The notes under the pieces: generated by a model
The model's database searches: none
What the model was told of the DNA's origin: nothing
The model's input: only the letters and a program-made list of their open reading frames with translations
Shown here: positions 62,136-64,000 of the stretch, piece by piece
Layout: every line of letters starts with the position of its first letter
Position numbering within the stretch: position 1 is the stretch's first letter
From: Bilabrum cf. latius
Taxonomy: Eukaryota
Assembly (NCBI GenBank): GCA_965178125.1
Contig: OZ237748.1
Span: 806,001 to 870,000 of the forward strand
Direction of reading: 5' to 3'
Length of the DNA stretch: 64,000 nucleotides
Position numbers and translations under genes: made by a program

Positions 62136-62753
62136 TGAGATCCGGAGTCCGGACTCGGCGGTCCGCGCTGCGCCGCTGTCTGGCCGCTGGCAGGCGGCGC
62201 CGCGGCCGCGCCGAATGTCGATTTGCCGGCTAGGCGCTGGTGCCTGGTTTGGGCTGCTGCGGATAGATATCCAGCAGCTTTCCTACGTATTGCAATTTTA
62301 GTGTGTTTTAAATCCCACTCAGTGCTGAAATTTGTTCTTGCGCCTGGTCTTATTGCTGGTCTGTGTTGATGCAGCTACATCGAGCTTTTGGCAGCACAAT
62401 CAAAAATTTGAACTGTCACACGGTTTCCAGCATACTATACCGGCAGTCGTATATACTCGAATCGAATTGCGATACTAATTGTAAACATGCATTAAATGCT
62501 CGTTTTGTCAAGATCCTGAGCATCAGGTACCACACGAGACAGGCTTACAATATGACCTGTACTACTACTAGTCCACACTTATGAATCCATTAAACTATAA
62601 ATATTGTAATGGTTGACTACGTTACCGAGACCGCTCTGTAGCTAGACTTTTCGTCCGACCTCTCTGGACAAAATGTGAGGCAGGGAACTTGCGTGATACA
62701 TTGCGCTGAATACGTGACAAATTGTAGATTTAATAAACATTCCCCGTGGTCGC

Positions 62754-64000
62754 TTAGTGCCGACCCCTCTTCGCCCCGATGGTCCCGTCGTCAGCGTACC
62801 CACCGGCGCCCCCGTCATGATGGTCGTCATCGTCGTCCTCATGATTGCGTTCGTGCCAAGGGCCTCCAACATCACATGCAAATTCCACCCTGATACATGT
62901 ACCACACGTCCTGCTCCTCGTCCTCCTCCTCATTCGACCCCTGCTCCTCATCCCGCCGCCCGGCAGCAACACACACATCGCAACGCACACAGTGTGTCCT
63001 TCGTCGTCATCCTCATCCTCATCGTCATCGTCGTCATCGTCATCATCGTCACTAGAATCCGAATCCACGTCAACGTCTTCAACGAATTGGAACTCCTCGT
63101 CCTGCACAGCACCGCCGGGCACTGCCTGCGCCTCGTCCTGCACAGCACCGCCGGGCACCTCCTGCTCCTCGTCCTGCACAGCACCGCCGGGCACCTCCTG
63201 CTCCTCGTCCTGCACAGCACCGCCGGGCACTGCCATCTCCTCGTCCTGCACAGCACCGCCCGGCACTGCCTGCTCCTCGTCCTGCACAGCACCGCCGGGC
63301 ACTGCCATCTCCTCGTCCTGCACAGCACCGCCGGGCACCTCCTGCCCCTCGTCCTGCGCAGCACCGCCGGGCACTACATGCTCCTCGTCCTGCACAGCAC
63401 CGCCGGGCACTGCCTGCTCCTCGTCCTGCACAGCACCGCCGGGCACTACATGCTCCTCGTCCTGCACAGCACCGCCGGGCACTGCCTGCTCCTCGTCCTG
63501 CACAGCACCGCCGGGCACTGCCATCTCCTCGTCCTGCACAGCACCGCCGGGCACTGCCTGCTCCTCGTCCTGCACAGCAACGCCGGGCACTGCCTGCTCC
63601 TCGTCCTGCATAGCACCGCCGGGCACTGCCTGCTCCTCGTCCTGCACAGCACCGCCGGGCACTGCCTGCTCCTCGTCCTGCACAGCACCGCCGGGCACTG
63701 CCATCTCCTCGTCCTGCACAGCACCGCCGGGCACTGCCTGCTCCTCGTCCTGCATAGCACCGCCGGGCACTGCCTGCTCCTCGTCCTGCGCTGCACCGCC
63801 GGGCACCTCCTGCTCCTCGTCCTGCACAGCACCGCCGGGCACCTCCTGCTCCTCGTCCTGCACAGCACCGCCGGGCACTGCCATCTCCTCGTCCTGCACA
63901 GCACCGCCGGGCACCGCCATCTCCTCGTCCTGCACAGCACCGCCGGGCACTGCCTGCTCCTCGTCCTGCACAGCACCGCCGGGCACTGCCTGCTCCTCGT
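62754..64000 (-). CDS. Acidic tandem-repeat protein (partial; runs off the window end)
   Basis: About 25 in-frame copies of AVPGGAVQDEEQ/M, then a poly-Asp tract, a basic patch and the shared C-terminus; stop TAA 62754-62756. Confidence 0.65.
   Translation of the reverse strand, partial: EEQAVPGGAVQDEEQAVPGGAVQDEEMAVPGGAVQDEEMAVPGGAVQDEEQEVPGGAVQDEEQEVPGGAAQDEEQAVPGGAMQDEEQAVPGGAVQDEEMAVPGGAVQDEEQAVPGGAVQDEEQAVPGGAMQDEEQAVPGVAVQDEEQAVPGGAVQDEEMAVPGGAVQDEEQAVPGGAVQDEEHVVPGGAVQDEEQAVPGGAVQDEEHVVPGGAAQDEGQEVPGGAVQDEEMAVPGGAVQDEEQAVPGGAVQDEEMAVPGGAVQDEEQEVPGGAVQDEEQEVPGGAVQDEAQAVPGGAVQDEEFQFVEDVDVDSDSSDDDDDDDDDDEDEDDDEGHTVCVAMCVLLPGGGMRSRGRMRRRTRSRTCGTCIRVEFACDVGGPWHERNHEDDDDDHHDGGAGGYADDGTIGAKRGRH
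63094..64000. repeat. 36-bp coding minisatellite (~25 copies)
   Basis: Unit CTCCTCGTCCTGCACAGCACCGCCGGGCACTGCCTG with substitutions only and no frame-breaking indels seen. Confidence 0.97.

Overview
GC-rich eukaryotic nuclear DNA with spliceosomal GT..AG introns (often ending CGCAG), probably from a protist; the taxon cannot be fixed from the sequence alone. The main result is a non-standard genetic code. TAG occurs in frame (more than 60 times by my manual count) inside otherwise intact genes, including cullin and kynureninase. TGA and TAA are seen only at gene ends. UAG therefore appears to be a sense codon (best fit Gln, with Glu the alternative) while UAA stays a stop. With TAG read as sense, the fragmented ORF track resolves into: six genes sharing a lineage-specific ankyrin-like C-terminal domain (one ending in a WW domain), a cullin, proteasome beta-1, tRNA-Val(CAC), kynureninase, three large tandem paralogues of unknown function, an FG-GAP/mucin/EGF type-I membrane protein, two tandem GCNA-like SprT proteases and two acidic low-complexity paralogues. 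Non-coding structure includes a ~7.4-kb block bounded by inverted repeats that holds two satellite arrays and a nested 251-bp inverted repeat, a candidate MITE, and a dispersed motif (GCACTCGTCACAC, about 30 copies) found in exons, introns and flanks on both strands. All counts are manual.
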